Assembly: GCA_964460315.1 (NCBI GenBank)
Contig: CAYWPQ010000002.1
Coordinates: forward strand, 20,926-84,925
From: an uncultured Bordetella sp.
GTDB lineage: Bacteria > Pseudomonadota > Gammaproteobacteria > Burkholderiales > Burkholderiaceae_A
Length of the DNA stretch: 64,000 bases
Direction of reading: 5' to 3'
Shown: positions 1 to 11,335 of the stretch, in pieces
Layout: each line of letters starts with the position of its first letter
Numbering within the stretch: the first letter of the stretch is position 1
Notes under the pieces: model-generated
Told to the model about the DNA's origin: nothing
The model's database searches: none
What the model saw: only the letters and a program-made list of their open reading frames with translations
Translations under genes and position numbers: made by a program

Positions 1-85
1 TTGTCTGACACCCCGTACACTTCTCGGTGTGTCATCGCCCCGCAAGTTGTGAATTAAATCGGCGATAAGGATCACTATAAAACAG

Positions 86-946
86 ATGAACCTGCTCTTC
101 AAATTTTTTGCCCTCTGGCCTCTTGGACTTTTACGCTTTGTCGGCTTCATGATGGGCTGGCTGGCTTGGCTGGCTTCACCCCGCTACCGGCGGATGATGG
201 CGGACCAGTGGACGGCCGCGCAGCGCGCAGGCAAGGTCCGTGACCCGGCCAGTCTGGGGTCGAAAGCGTATCGAGACGCCATTGGCCATGCGGGGCTGGT
301 TGCCGCAGAACTGCCCAAGATCTGGTGCGACCCCAAGGCTCTAAGTCGGGTGCGTGTCACCGGTCTTGATGAGGCCAAGGCGCTCATCAGCCAGGGGCGC
401 GGCTTGATGGTTCTCACGCCACACCTTGGGGGTTTTGAACTGATTCCCCGGGTGCTTTCGGCCCACTTCCCGATGACTGTGCTGTATCGACCGGCCAAGC
501 AGGCGGCTTTTCGAAAACTGATGGAGACCCTCCGCCCCATGAAGGCCGTGACGACGGCACCAGCCAATGCAGCGGGAGTCCGTCAGCTGCTTCGGGCACT
601 GCGCTCGGGCGCCTCTCTGGGCATGCTCCCTGATCAGGTACCCAGTCAGGGTGACGGTGTCTGGGCCAGCTTTTTTGGAAGGCCAGCCTACACCATGACT
701 CTTCCTATTCGCCTTGCCCAATCGACGGGGGCGGCGGTGGTCTGGGGGCTATGTGTTCGAACCCCGGAGGGCTGGCATCTTGACCTTCGCGAGTGGAAGC
801 CGGATCTGCCTGCGGGTGACCATCCGATTGAAGACGTCATTGCGTCCATGAATCGGGCGCTCGAAGATCAGATTGCGCGAGCGCCCGAACAATACCTCTG
901 GCCTTACAACCGATTCAAAACGCCGCGAGGGGTTTCCGCGCCGTGA
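86..946 (+). CDS. Lipid A biosynthesis acyltransferase, LpxL/HtrB family (copy 1)
   Basis: 286-aa ORF with hydrophobic N-terminal anchor, HX4E acyltransferase motif (TPHLGGFE) and C-terminal PEQYLWPYNRFK family signature; stop overlaps start of a paralogue. Confidence 0.85.
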   Translation: MNLLFKFFALWPLGLLRFVGFMMGWLAWLASPRYRRMMADQWTAAQRAGKVRDPASLGSKAYRDAIGHAGLVAAELPKIWCDPKALSRVRVTGLDEAKALISQGRGLMVLTPHLGGFELIPRVLSAHFPMTVLYRPAKQAAFRKLMETLRPMKAVTTAPANAAGVRQLLRALRSGASLGMLPDQVPSQGDGVWASFFGRPAYTMTLPIRLAQSTGAAVVWGLCVRTPEGWHLDLREWKPDLPAGDHPIEDVIASMNRALEDQIARAPEQYLWPYNRFKTPRGVSAP

Positions 947-1833
947 TGAGTCGGCTGACCCGGTTGGGCAGCTGGCTGCTGCTCTGGGCTGCGCGTGGTG
1001 TCGCCTTCTTGCCAAGGCCCCTGATGCTTGGCCTAGCCAAGGCCGTGGGGGAGCTCATGGTGCGCTTTGCGGGGCACCGCAGGCGGGTGGCGACACGCAA
1101 TCTCGAGATCTGTTTTCCTGAAAAAACGGATCAGGAACGACGCGACATCGTGAGAGCACATTTTCAGTGCTATGCCAGGGCTTTTTTTGAGCGTTTTGAA
1201 ATCTGGTTTGGAAGGCCAGAACGACTCCGAGCCCGGGTCAAAATTCAGAGGCTTGACCTTTTTGAGGAACTTCGCGGTCAGCCAATCATTATTTTGGCGC
1301 CCCATTTTCTGGGGCTCGATGCTGGGGGTGTTCGGTTTCAGCTCGAGCACCAATTTGCTTCCATGTACGCAAAACAGTCCAACCCCGTGCTCGATGCCTG
1401 GACGCTGGAGGGCCGAACCCGATTTAATTCACCGGTGATTGTGTCCCGACAACAGGGACTGGCAGGGCTGGCAAGGCTTTTGAAACGCGGCGTTCCGCTT
1501 TACTTTCTTCCGGATATGGACCTTGGCCGTCGGCATTCGATTTTTGTACCTTTCTTTGGCGAGCCTGCGGCAACGGTGACCAGCCTTGTGCGACTTGCCC
1601 AGATGCTGGACGCCGTGGTGCTGCCGCTGGTGACTCGAATGACCGATGATGGCTATGAGGCAACCTTTTACCCGGGATGGAAGCATCGGGAGGGCGACGA
1701 AACCCCCGAGGAGGCCGTGGCCGTGATGCATCGTTTTATTGAGGCCAGAATTCGCGAGATGCCCGAGCAGTACCTCTGGACTCATCGTCGATTTAAGACA
1801 CGTCCACCCGGTTACCCAAAGGTCTATGCATAA
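946..1833 (+). CDS. Lipid A biosynthesis acyltransferase, LpxL/HtrB family (copy 2)
   Basis: ATG at 946 (GTG at 943 also in frame) overlapping upstream TGA; NLEICFPEKT, HX4D motif (APHFLGLD), PEQYLWTHRRFK. Confidence 0.85.
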   Translation: MSRLTRLGSWLLLWAARGVAFLPRPLMLGLAKAVGELMVRFAGHRRRVATRNLEICFPEKTDQERRDIVRAHFQCYARAFFERFEIWFGRPERLRARVKIQRLDLFEELRGQPIIILAPHFLGLDAGGVRFQLEHQFASMYAKQSNPVLDAWTLEGRTRFNSPVIVSRQQGLAGLARLLKRGVPLYFLPDMDLGRRHSIFVPFFGEPAATVTSLVRLAQMLDAVVLPLVTRMTDDGYEATFYPGWKHREGDETPEEAVAVMHRFIEARIREMPEQYLWTHRRFKTRPPGYPKVYA

Positions 1834-1836
1834 TCG

Positions 1837-2706
1837 ATGCCCATGAAGATTTCGTTCACGAAAATGCAAGGTGCAGGCAACGATTTCGTGGTGATCAATG
1901 CCACCCGCGAGCCTTTGCAACTCTCCGCAGCGCAATGGCAACGAATCGCTGATCGCCGGTTCGGGGTGGGCGCAGACCAGATTCTTTTGGTCGAGGCTGC
2001 CGACGGCCCCGATGTGGATTTTGTTTACCGAATTTTCAATGCGGATGGCGAAGAGGTTGAACAGTGCGGGAACGGCGCGCGTTGTTTTGCGCGGTTCGTT
2101 CGAGACGAAGGGCTTTCGCAGGCCCCAACCATTCGTGTGCGCACTCGTTCTGGGGTGATCTCGCCAACCATTCATGACGATGGCCGGGTGACGGTGGACA
2201 TGGGACGTCCAAGCCTGAGGCCTGATGACGTGAGCTTGAATCCGGAAGGGCTTGCCCATCGAATCGAGGGATCGGCAGATCTCTGGCAGCTCCAACCGCC
2301 TCAGGGTGCGGCGTTCTGGTTTTCAGTCGTTTCGATGGGCAACCCCCATGCGGTTCAGTGGGTTGATGATCTCGATCGCCATCCGGTCGCCGAGGTTGGC
2401 GCATGGTGTGAGTCGCATCCCAGGTTTCTTAAAAGAGTCAATGTCGGCTTTGTTCAACAACTTGCTAGGGATCGTATTCGGCTACGGGTGTTTGAGCGTG
2501 GCTCAGGCGAAACCTTGGCTTGCGGCACGGGAGCCTGTGCTGCAGTGGTTGCGGGCATCGCTCGTGGACGCCTTGCAGGGGGACACCCAGTGCAGGTGTT
2601 GACTCGCGGCGGTGAGCTTATGATTCAGTGGTCGGGTAGGCTTTCGGATTCCGTCATGATGACGGGCCCAGCCGAGCCAGTCTTTAAAGGAGTGATCGAA
2701 CTTTGA
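1837..2706 (+). CDS. dapF: Diaminopimelate epimerase
   Basis: N-terminus [16 protein letters not shown]; both catalytic Cys motifs ([17 protein letters not shown]). Confidence 0.95.
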   Translation: MPMKISFTKMQGAGNDFVVINATREPLQLSAAQWQRIADRRFGVGADQILLVEAADGPDVDFVYRIFNADGEEVEQCGNGARCFARFVRDEGLSQAPTIRVRTRSGVISPTIHDDGRVTVDMGRPSLRPDDVSLNPEGLAHRIEGSADLWQLQPPQGAAFWFSVVSMGNPHAVQWVDDLDRHPVAEVGAWCESHPRFLKRVNVGFVQQLARDRIRLRVFERGSGETLACGTGACAAVVAGIARGRLAGGHPVQVLTRGGELMIQWSGRLSDSVMMTGPAEPVFKGVIEL

Positions 2707-3428
2707 GCCAACAAGAACCGCATCTTGACCTTCGGTCAGCCGCGACGGCAGGAGCCTCTTCGGTGACTCCTGACCAAATTGCGGAATACCTGCAAGCTAA
2801 CCCTGGCTTTTTTCAGCAATATTCTTCATTGCTCTCTGAAATGAGCCTGCCCCATCCGCAGTCGGGCCAGGCGATTTCTTTGGTGGAGCGTCAGGCTTCC
2901 GTGTTGCGTGAGCGAATCAAGTCGATGGAACTCAAACTGGCTGAGCTCTTGCGGCATGGCCAAGAAAACGATGCCATCGCCGCGTCAACCCAGCGTTGGA
3001 TTCGAGGGTTGTTCCTGCATCGTGACTCATCAAGCCTTCCACGTTTTTTGGCCGACTCATTGGCCCAGGTCTTCACCGTGCCCCAGGTGGGCATTGGCCT
3101 TTGGAAGGTGGCGGATGAATTCCAAAATGAGGATTGGGTGGTGCCGGAGCATGCTGACTATGTCAGTCAGATTGATCGACTGACACGACCAGTCTGCGGG
3201 CATGTCAGTACGTCGTCGAGTGTCGTTTTGCTTCCCGAGGCAGGCCGGGATGCGGAATCGATCGCCGTGCTCCCGCTCCGTGTGGGAGCCTCACCAGAGG
3301 CATTCGGTGTGATGGTCTTGGGCTCTCCGGATTCGCGCCGCTTCTCGCCCGATCTTGGCGTGGCCTTTTTGGAGCGGATTGGAGAGGTTGCCAGCGCGGC
3401 ACTGTCGCGCTTTCACGCGAAATCTTGA
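2703..3428 (+). CDS. DUF484 family protein
   Basis: [15 protein letters not shown]...[14 protein letters not shown] pattern and the conserved dapF-DUF484-xerC position; TTG start overlapping the dapF TGA, so the start is uncertain. Confidence 0.75.
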   Translation: MSQQEPHLDLRSAATAGASSVTPDQIAEYLQANPGFFQQYSSLLSEMSLPHPQSGQAISLVERQASVLRERIKSMELKLAELLRHGQENDAIAASTQRWIRGLFLHRDSSSLPRFLADSLAQVFTVPQVGIGLWKVADEFQNEDWVVPEHADYVSQIDRLTRPVCGHVSTSSSVVLLPEAGRDAESIAVLPLRVGASPEAFGVMVLGSPDSRRFSPDLGVAFLERIGEVASAALSRFHAKS

Positions 3429-4405
3429 GCGATCCCTCCTGCGCCACCGCGCTGGTTCAGCAGTTTCTGGAGACCATTGCTCACGAGCGTCGTTATTCGC
3501 CGCTCACCGTCGATCATTACCGTCGAGATCTTGGGCACCTCATCAAGGCATTCGAATCCGTCTCGCTGGACTTAGTAAGACCTGCGCATATTCGTCGTGA
3601 GCTGTCGGCCTGGCGAAGCCAGGGACTTGCGGCGGCATCGATCGCCAGAAGGCTGTCCGCCTGGCGATCGTTCTTTCATTGGCTATCGACCACCATGGAG
3701 CTCGCCGCCAATCCGGTGGATGCCATCAAGGCACCGAAAAAAGGCCGCCGTCTGCCGAAGGCGCTCTCCACCGATTGGGCGGTTCAGCTGGTGTCGCACG
3801 AGTCCACTGAGTCGAATGAGTTGTCTGCGCAATCTCGTGGCCTGGAGATTCGGGACCGGGCCATGCTGGAGCTCATGTATTCCTGCGGGCTGCGGTTGGC
3901 TGAAATGGTGAACCTGAATCTGAATCCTTCCAGCGCATCTCAGGCTCAAGATGTCGGCTGGATTGACCTTGAGGCGGCTGAGGCCTTGGTGGTGGGCAAG
4001 GGCAAGAAGTCTCGTCGAGTGCCCATTGGGCAGCACGCCATGAAGGCGATCTCGGCCTGGCTTGTCGAGCGAGCTTCCTGGCTCTCGTCACGCCCCGATT
4101 CTGCAGAGGATGCGCCCGCACTCTTTGTGAACGCGAAGGGGGAACGAATTTCTGCAAGGACGGTACAGAGACGGTTTGCTGCCTTTGGAAAGTCTGCGGG
4201 CCTGCCCACCCACGTGCATCCCCACATGCTGCGACATTCATTTGCCAGCCACCTGCTTCAATCGAGCGGCGACCTGCGGGCCGTGCAGGAGCTTTTGGGG
4301 CATGCGCAGATTGCGACAACTCAGGTCTACACCCATCTTGATTTTCAAAGGCTTGCCCAGGTTTATGATGCAAGCCATCCAAGAGCCAAGCGAAAAAGCA
4401 GCTAG
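3425..4405 (+). CDS. xerC: Tyrosine recombinase XerC (chromosome dimer resolution)
   Basis: Catalytic region MYSCGLRLAE, HMLRHSFASHLL, LGHAQIATTQVYTH; canonical housekeeping context. Confidence 0.9.
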   Translation: MSDPSCATALVQQFLETIAHERRYSPLTVDHYRRDLGHLIKAFESVSLDLVRPAHIRRELSAWRSQGLAAASIARRLSAWRSFFHWLSTTMELAANPVDAIKAPKKGRRLPKALSTDWAVQLVSHESTESNELSAQSRGLEIRDRAMLELMYSCGLRLAEMVNLNLNPSSASQAQDVGWIDLEAAEALVVGKGKKSRRVPIGQHAMKAISAWLVERASWLSSRPDSAEDAPALFVNAKGERISARTVQRRFAAFGKSAGLPTHVHPHMLRHSFASHLLQSSGDLRAVQELLGHAQIATTQVYTHLDFQRLAQVYDASHPRAKRKSS

Positions 4406-4432
4406 GCTCGCTCATCGCTGTCCAATGCTGGA

Positions 4433-5473
4433 GTGTTCATGACCACCGCTGCCAATCGTCCATCCCCCGCCGCGTCCGGCCCCGTTGCTTCCGTCACGCC
4501 CATGGTGATTCCCGTCACGATTCTTACGGGGTTTCTTGGCGCCGGAAAAACCACCCTGCTCAAGCGCATCCTGAGCGAACCCCATGGCGAGAAGATCGCT
4601 GTGATTGAAAATGAATTTGGCGAAGAAAGTATCGACAACGAGCTCCTGTTTGGCGACACCCAGGAGCGGATTGTCGAGATGAACAATGGCTGCATCTGCT
4701 GCACCGTGCGAGGTGATTTGATTGAAATGCTGAATCGGCTGCGTGCGAAACGCGCCTCGGGCGAGATTGATTTCAATCGGGTCATCATTGAAACCACCGG
4801 CCTTGCGGAACCTGGCCCGGTGGCCCAGACCTTTTTTGTTGATGATGAGATTGCTGAGCATTTTCTTCTGGATGCGGTCATCACCGTGGTTGATGCGCTT
4901 CACGGCCCTGATCAGCTCACCCAGCATGCCGAAGCTCAGGCCCAGGTCGGATTCGCGGATCGCATCTTGGTGTCGAAGAGTGACCTGGTCACCCCCGAAG
5001 CTCTGCACGAGCTTCGGCAAAGGCTTGCGCGAATGAATCCCCGAGCAGGCCTTCAGATGGTGCATTTTGGTCAGACCCCAATTCAGGAGATTCTCGACAT
5101 TCGGGGCTTTAATCTCAACGCCACACTTGAGCTCGACCCGGGTTTTTTAGACACCGACGCCGGCCACAGCCATATCGATGATGTCCACTCCTTTGTTTTC
5201 AAATCCACCCGCCCGTTTGACTCCGAGCGATTCGAGGGCTTCATGAGCGCGGTGTCACAGGCCTATGGCCCTCAGCTGCTGCGCTACAAAGGGGTGCTTT
5301 ACATCAAGGGAAGTGACCGTCAAATGGTGTTTCAGGGGGTGCATATGCTGATGGGCGGTGATGCTGGAAGGCCCTGGGCAAAGGACGAGCAGCGAGAATC
5401 CAAGCTTGTTTTTATCGGGCGGAAACTGCCCAAAGACACCATCATGAAAGGGCTGGAGCAGTGCCTTGTTTAA
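4433..5473 (+). CDS. COG0523 (CobW/YeiR/ZigA-type) GTPase, putative metallochaperone
   Basis: P-loop GFLGAGKTTLL, CxCC motif NGCICCTVRGD and a C-terminal CobW_C-like domain; ATG at 4439 is an alternative start. Confidence 0.85.
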   Translation: MFMTTAANRPSPAASGPVASVTPMVIPVTILTGFLGAGKTTLLKRILSEPHGEKIAVIENEFGEESIDNELLFGDTQERIVEMNNGCICCTVRGDLIEMLNRLRAKRASGEIDFNRVIIETTGLAEPGPVAQTFFVDDEIAEHFLLDAVITVVDALHGPDQLTQHAEAQAQVGFADRILVSKSDLVTPEALHELRQRLARMNPRAGLQMVHFGQTPIQEILDIRGFNLNATLELDPGFLDTDAGHSHIDDVHSFVFKSTRPFDSERFEGFMSAVSQAYGPQLLRYKGVLYIKGSDRQMVFQGVHMLMGGDAGRPWAKDEQRESKLVFIGRKLPKDTIMKGLEQCLV

Positions 5474-5546
5474 GTGGCTGTAACCCTGATGTGGTAAGGT
5501 TTCAGGTGGAGTTCCTGAAGTCTCTGTTTGAAGAAAGTAGCACCTG

Positions 5547-5975
5547 ATGACCACTGTAAGTTTCAAACCCATTTCGACCGAAAAAGAGCTTTTGGCTCAG
5601 CCCGCGGATGACTACATGAGTCCCGCTCAGCTTGATTTTTTCAAGCGCAAGCTGATCGAGCTTGAAACCGAGTTACGTAACAACGCTGGCGAAACCACCG
5701 AGCATCTTCGTGAAACCGTACTCGTGCCGGATCCTGCGGATCGCGCCACGATTGAAGAAGAGCATGCGCTCGAATTGCGTACCCGTGACCGTGAACGCAA
5801 GCTGATTAAAAAAGTTCAGCAGGCACTCGCGCGGATCGAATCGGGCGATTATGGTTTTTGCGAGGAAACCGGCGACCCCATTGGTTTAAAGCGTCTTTTG
5901 GCCCGTCCAACGGCCACCCTTACTGTGGAAGCTCAGCAGCGTCGGGAACTTCGCCAACGCCAATTTGGTGACTAA
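5547..5975 (+). CDS. dksA: RNA polymerase-binding transcription factor DksA, Cys-depleted type
   Basis: Coiled-coil tip PDPADRATIEEE (DxxDxA); C-terminal YGFCEETGDPIGLKRLLARPTATLTVEAQ aligns with the DksA zinc finger but keeps only 1 of 4 Cys. Confidence 0.9.
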   Translation: MTTVSFKPISTEKELLAQPADDYMSPAQLDFFKRKLIELETELRNNAGETTEHLRETVLVPDPADRATIEEEHALELRTRDRERKLIKKVQQALARIESGDYGFCEETGDPIGLKRLLARPTATLTVEAQQRRELRQRQFGD

Positions 5976-6881
<906 letters not shown>

Positions 6882-6889
6882 TTCTTCCG

Positions 6890-7639
6890 GTGCGCCTGCA
6901 CAAGCGTCGGCCGCCATCCCTCGGCCGATCCCGCCCGGGGCCTTTGTGGCTCGTGGATCTCGACAACACCCTCTATGACGCCTCATGGCAGGTGATGGGT
7001 GAGATCAACCGCCGAATGACCCATTATGTTCAGGAGCAGCTTCATCTGCCTGAAGACGAGGCCAGCGCGCTTCGACAACGTTATTGGATTCGTTACGGCG
7101 CCACGCTTTTGGGCTTGGTGAGACACCATGCAACCGACCCACACGATTTCCTTGCCAAAACTCACCCCTTAAACGAATTGGAACCGATGATTCATCGGAT
7201 CCGTGGCGAACGACAGCGGCTTCGTCAGCTTCAAGGTGATCGTTGGCTACTGACCAATGCGCCACGCGCCTATGCGGAGATGGTGCTTCAGAAGGTGGGT
7301 CTTCACGGGCTTTTTTCTCGGCTCGTGAGCATTGAGGACATGAAGGCTTGTGGCAGGCTTTGTCCGAAACCATCGTCGCTTTTGATGCGCCGCATGATTC
7401 GACTCTCTGGGCGACGTGCCGCTGAGTTGATTTTGGTCGACGACCATTCCGACAACCTGAAGGCTGCACATCGCCTTGGAATCCGTACGGCTCGCATCTG
7501 GGTATCCCCCACCATGCTTGGCCGTGCACGGTCTTCGGGTCGACCCTTAACGGTTCGCCGCCCAAGTTATGTGGCGCTTCAAGTAAACTCTTTGGCAGCG
7601 CTCACAAGAAGTCAGCACCGACTGACTCGAGCCCCTTGA
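6890..7639 (+). CDS. HAD-superfamily pyrimidine 5'-nucleotidase-like hydrolase
   Basis: HAD motif I WLVDLDNTLY and late motif LVDD; conserved argB-HAD-slmA position; start uncertain (GTG 6890 or in-frame TTG 6944). Confidence 0.7.
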   Translation: MRLHKRRPPSLGRSRPGPLWLVDLDNTLYDASWQVMGEINRRMTHYVQEQLHLPEDEASALRQRYWIRYGATLLGLVRHHATDPHDFLAKTHPLNELEPMIHRIRGERQRLRQLQGDRWLLTNAPRAYAEMVLQKVGLHGLFSRLVSIEDMKACGRLCPKPSSLLMRRMIRLSGRRAAELILVDDHSDNLKAAHRLGIRTARIWVSPTMLGRARSSGRPLTVRRPSYVALQVNSLAALTRSQHRLTRAP

Positions 7640-8292
7640 TGACACAACCCTCGAGACGACACCTGATGACCGCAATACCCGACACGCCCGAGACCACGGA
7701 GAGCACTGGCCGAAAGCGCCCCAAGCCGGGTGAACGTCGTCTGCAGATTCTTCAGACCATCGCGGCCATGTTGCAAGAGGGTCCATCCGAAAAAGTAACG
7801 ACCGCGGCCCTTGCTGCTCGTATTGGTGTTTCTGAGGCGGCGCTGTATCGACATTTTGCAAGCAAGGCGCAGATGTTTGAGGGCCTTTTGGATTTCATTG
7901 AAGAAACGATCTTTTCGCTGATTAATCAGATTGAAGCGCGCGAGACCACTGGCGTAGTCAAGGCACGAGACATCGTGATCATGCTTTTGCAGTTTGCTGA
8001 AAAGAACCCTGGCATGACCCGAGTCTTGGTGGGCGATGCGATTGTGAATGAAGATGCTCGGCTTCAGGCTCGCGTGAACCAATTGATTGAGCGGGTTGAA
8101 GCCTCCTTGCGTCAGTGCATTCGACTGCAAACGGCTGAGTCGTCCGCTTCCGCCGCCAGACCGGAGGCCGGCCTGATGGCCAATATTGCCGTCTCTTTTG
8201 TGCAAGGCCGTTGGCTTCAATTCGCCAAGAGCGGCTTTCGCAAGCGACCTTCGGATCTTTCGGATCAGGCGGTCTCGATGCTTTTTTCCTAG
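7639..8292 (+). CDS. slmA: Nucleoid occlusion factor SlmA (TetR family)
   Basis: GERRLQILQTIAAML...TTAALAARIGVSEAALYRHFASKAQMFEGLLDFIE; ATG overlaps upstream TGA. Confidence 0.85.
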   Translation: MTQPSRRHLMTAIPDTPETTESTGRKRPKPGERRLQILQTIAAMLQEGPSEKVTTAALAARIGVSEAALYRHFASKAQMFEGLLDFIEETIFSLINQIEARETTGVVKARDIVIMLLQFAEKNPGMTRVLVGDAIVNEDARLQARVNQLIERVEASLRQCIRLQTAESSASAARPEAGLMANIAVSFVQGRWLQFAKSGFRKRPSDLSDQAVSMLFS

Positions 8293-9065
8293 CTCGGACG
8301 GGTTGAGCAGACGCTGCAGGCTGGGTTGCGGCGAAGAGCCACCTGTTGCCAGCGGCCTGTTCGCGCATCCACCATGGTCAGCATCTGGGCTGGGCGGTGG
8401 ACGGGTTTCTGTGACTCTTCTCGATTCCCGATCAGAACTTTCATCGCCTCGGCCGCCTGAAGGCAGCCCATTGCACCCACCAACGGGGCAAGCACGCCAT
8501 AGGCGCCGCAGGCATGCTCGTCGGGCGTGTGGTCGGGGTCAAAGACACAGGCGTAACAGGCATGTTCAGGGCGACTGGGAATGATGCAAAGAAGCTGCCC
8601 TGTCCATTCAATCGCTGCTGCGGAGACCAGAGGCTTCTGATGACGAATGCAGCAGGCGTTGATTAATTGACGCATGGCCCAGCGGTCGGTGCAGTCCAGC
8701 ACAAGGTCAACATGAGGAATCCGTTGGTCAAGAAATTCTTCGTCGGCGCTGATTGGGTGCGTCACGATCTCAATCGACGGATTGAGTCGCTGCAGCGCTG
8801 AGGCACCGGCCACAACCTTGTGTTGGCCAATGTCTTGGGGTGAAAAAAGAGTTTGCCTTGCCAGGTTGGTCGCCTCGACTCGATCGCCATCCACCCATTC
8901 GATTCGACCCAATCCGCTGGTGGCGAGATAAGTGGCTGCTGGGCATCCAAGCCCACCCGCCCCAACAATTAAGACAGCGGATGACCGAATTCGCTCGACA
9001 CCTTCCTCATCAAAGCCATCAAGAAGTGCATGGCGGCTATGGCGAAGAAGTTCGCTGTCGGTCAT
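8289..9065 (-). CDS. moeB: Molybdopterin-synthase adenylyltransferase / ThiF-MoeB family E1-like enzyme
   Basis: Rossmann loop VGAGGLGCP, RQTLF, CYAC...C zinc site; no rhodanese domain; ATGA overlap with ctpA stop. Confidence 0.8.
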   Translation of the reverse strand: MTDSELLRHSRHALLDGFDEEGVERIRSSAVLIVGAGGLGCPAATYLATSGLGRIEWVDGDRVEATNLARQTLFSPQDIGQHKVVAGASALQRLNPSIEIVTHPISADEEFLDQRIPHVDLVLDCTDRWAMRQLINACCIRHQKPLVSAAAIEWTGQLLCIIPSRPEHACYACVFDPDHTPDEHACGAYGVLAPLVGAMGCLQAAEAMKVLIGNREESQKPVHRPAQMLTMVDARTGRWQQVALRRNPACSVCSTRPS

Positions 9066-10483
9066 GGTGCGGGACGTGCAGAGGTCGCGACCGGCTTTCC
9101 CTTCAGGTGATTGATGGCTTGCTGCAGCTGGTAGTCATCTGCGCTGCCAAATTCGATGGGTTTGATGTCTTTTGCTTCCGCTGCCTCTGCAGGCTTTGCC
9201 GCTGGCTTCACTGCTTTTTTGTTGTCAGCTTTGGCCGGTTTTTTGGGTTCGTTTTCGCCAACAAGGTGTCGGTCCAGGTCGGCTTCACGGACTCGCAGCC
9301 GATCGACCACGGCGCCTTCAGCGGTCTCTTCGACCCAGAGATCGGGCGTGATGCCTTTGGCCTGAATGGTCTGCCCTTTCGGCGTGTAGTACTTCGCTGT
9401 GGTGAGCTTGATGGCCGTGTTGGCGGTCAGGGGCAAAATGGTTTGAACCGATCCCTTGCCAAAGGTTTGGGTACCTAGAATTTTTGCGCGCCCATGATCT
9501 TGCAAGGCCCCAGCCACAATTTCAGAGGCAGATGCGGAGCCACCGTTCACCAAAACAACCATGGGAATGGTCTTCGCAAGCGGCGACAGGCTGGCCAGAG
9601 GATCTTCTTTGGCGCCGCGATGGTAGTCAGCGGGTGTGGCGAAGTACTTGCGTTTGGCGTCGTCTTGGCGGCCATCGGTCCAGACGACCAACGATTTTTC
9701 TGGAAGGAATGCTGCAGACACACCAATGGCCCCATTGAGTAACCCGCCTGGATCATTTCGAAGATCAAGGACGAGATACTTCAAGCCGCCTTGCTCTGCA
9801 GCGAGCTGATTGAAATGCTTCGCCAGGTTCTCCACGGTGTGTTCCTGGAACTGGGTGATGCGGATGTAACCCACACCAGGCTCGATCATTTTTGATCGAA
9901 CGCTACGAATCTGAATGATGTCGCGAACGATGGTGAAGACCAGCGGCTTGGTCTGGCCTTTTCGGCTAATGGTGAGCGTGACTGAAGTCTGCGGCTTGCC
10001 GCGCATCAGCTTAACGGCGTCATTCAGGGGAAGCCCCTTGGTCGCTTTGTCGTCAATCTTGATGATGAGATCCCCAGCTTTGATTCCAGCGCGTTCAGCT
10101 GGCGTGCCGTCGATGGGGGAGACCACACGCACGAAGCCATCTTCGGTGCCCACCTCAAGGCCAAGACCACCGAATTCGCCCTGGGTTCCAACCTGCAGCT
10201 CTTTGAAGGCGTCTGCATCGAGGTAAGCCGAATGGGGGTCAAGCCCGGTCAACATGCCGCTGATGGCTTCCGTGATGAGCTTTTTGTCTTCAACGGGCTC
10301 GACGTAGTTGGACTTGATCGCCCCGTAAACGTCAGCGAACTGGCGCAGCTCTTCGACCGGCAGCGAGAGCTTGGCCTCGCGCTGGGCGACGGCATGAAAG
10401 CCGAGGCTGACCAGAATTCCGCTGACCAGTCCCACGGCGACCCAACTGACGACTTGAAGTTTTTTCGGCATAACGTCTTTCAT
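9062..10483 (-). CDS. ctpA: Carboxy-terminal processing (S41) protease
   Basis: TM anchor, PDZ region, GGSASASEI and FGKGSVQ catalytic motifs; start set at ATG 10483 (ATG 10471 also possible). The ORF stays open to 10618 but would overlap gpmA. Confidence 0.9.
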   Translation of the reverse strand: MKDVMPKKLQVVSWVAVGLVSGILVSLGFHAVAQREAKLSLPVEELRQFADVYGAIKSNYVEPVEDKKLITEAISGMLTGLDPHSAYLDADAFKELQVGTQGEFGGLGLEVGTEDGFVRVVSPIDGTPAERAGIKAGDLIIKIDDKATKGLPLNDAVKLMRGKPQTSVTLTISRKGQTKPLVFTIVRDIIQIRSVRSKMIEPGVGYIRITQFQEHTVENLAKHFNQLAAEQGGLKYLVLDLRNDPGGLLNGAIGVSAAFLPEKSLVVWTDGRQDDAKRKYFATPADYHRGAKEDPLASLSPLAKTIPMVVLVNGGSASASEIVAGALQDHGRAKILGTQTFGKGSVQTILPLTANTAIKLTTAKYYTPKGQTIQAKGITPDLWVEETAEGAVVDRLRVREADLDRHLVGENEPKKPAKADNKKAVKPAAKPAEAAEAKDIKPIEFGSADDYQLQQAINHLKGKPVATSARPAP

Positions 10484-10514
10484 AAAGACTTTGTCTTGCT
10501 CATTCACCGAAAGT

Positions 10515-11285
10515 TTAGGCGCTTTTCGCCTTGCCTTGGTTAGCAACGGCTGCCATCGCTGCCTCAATGACCGCAGGATCGGCAAGGTATTGGCGGTCAA
10601 TAAAGCCAAGGTTTTCATCGAGCCTGATTTCCAGGGGCTGGGCCGTGGGGATATTCAGGGCAATGATGTCGGATTCGGACATTTTTTCGAGGTACTTGAT
10701 CAAGGCCCGGATCGAGTTCCCGTGGGCGGCAATGATGATCCGCTCCCCTGCGCGAACCTTGGGTGCGATCGCGGTTTCCCAGAGCGGCGTGACGCGCTCA
10801 ATGGTGTCTTTGAGGCATTCGGTGGCGGGGAGCAGCGCCGGGTCAATGCCCTGGTAGCGCGCATCACGACCTGGCCAGTGCTCGTGGTCTGGGGTGAGTG
10901 CTTCGGGGCGAATGTCGTAGGCCCTGCGCCATTTGAGCACCTGTTCTTCCCCGTACTTGGCGGCTGTCTCGGATTTGTTTAATCCCGTCAGCGCCCCGTA
11001 GTGACGTTCATTCAAACGCCACTCTTTTTCCACGGGAATCCACATCTGATCCAGGCTATCGAGCGTGATGCAGAGCGTGCGGATGGCCCGCTTGAGCACG
11101 GAGGTGTAGGCCCGATCGAACCGAAAACCCTTCGATTGAAGAAGCTCACCGGCGGTTTTGGCTTCGTCTCGGCCCTTGGCCGTGAGGTCCACATCCACCC
11201 AGCCGGTGAAGCGGTTTTCAAGGTTCCACTGGCTCTCGCCGTGGCGTAATAAAACGATGGAGAAAGTTTTGCTCATGCTTGCCAT
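10515..11285 (-). CDS. gpmA: 2,3-bisphosphoglycerate-dependent phosphoglycerate mutase
   Basis: [28 protein letters not shown] motifs; ATG 11276 is an alternative start. Confidence 0.95.
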   Translation of the reverse strand: MASMSKTFSIVLLRHGESQWNLENRFTGWVDVDLTAKGRDEAKTAGELLQSKGFRFDRAYTSVLKRAIRTLCITLDSLDQMWIPVEKEWRLNERHYGALTGLNKSETAAKYGEEQVLKWRRAYDIRPEALTPDHEHWPGRDARYQGIDPALLPATECLKDTIERVTPLWETAIAPKVRAGERIIIAAHGNSIRALIKYLEKMSESDIIALNIPTAQPLEIRLDENLGFIDRQYLADPAVIEAAMAAVANQGKAKSA

Positions 11286-11335
11286 TCTATAATTTGCGGT
11301 GTCTTGTCTTTGAACCCTATTTTCCAGAGGATCCC

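Noticed and set aside
3425-4405. Tyrosine recombinase as a possible marker of an integrated mobile element
   Set aside because: It sits in the canonical dapF-DUF484-xerC housekeeping arrangement. There is no flanking tRNA, no att-like repeats, and no phage or cargo genes. I interpret it as the chromosome dimer resolvase XerC.
4406-5546. Searched for a Zur-box palindrome upstream of COG0523 and dksA
   Set aside because: Neither short spacer (4406-4432, 5474-5546) contains an AT-rich palindrome of the Zur type by eye. This is not reported as a feature, and absence by eye is not proof.
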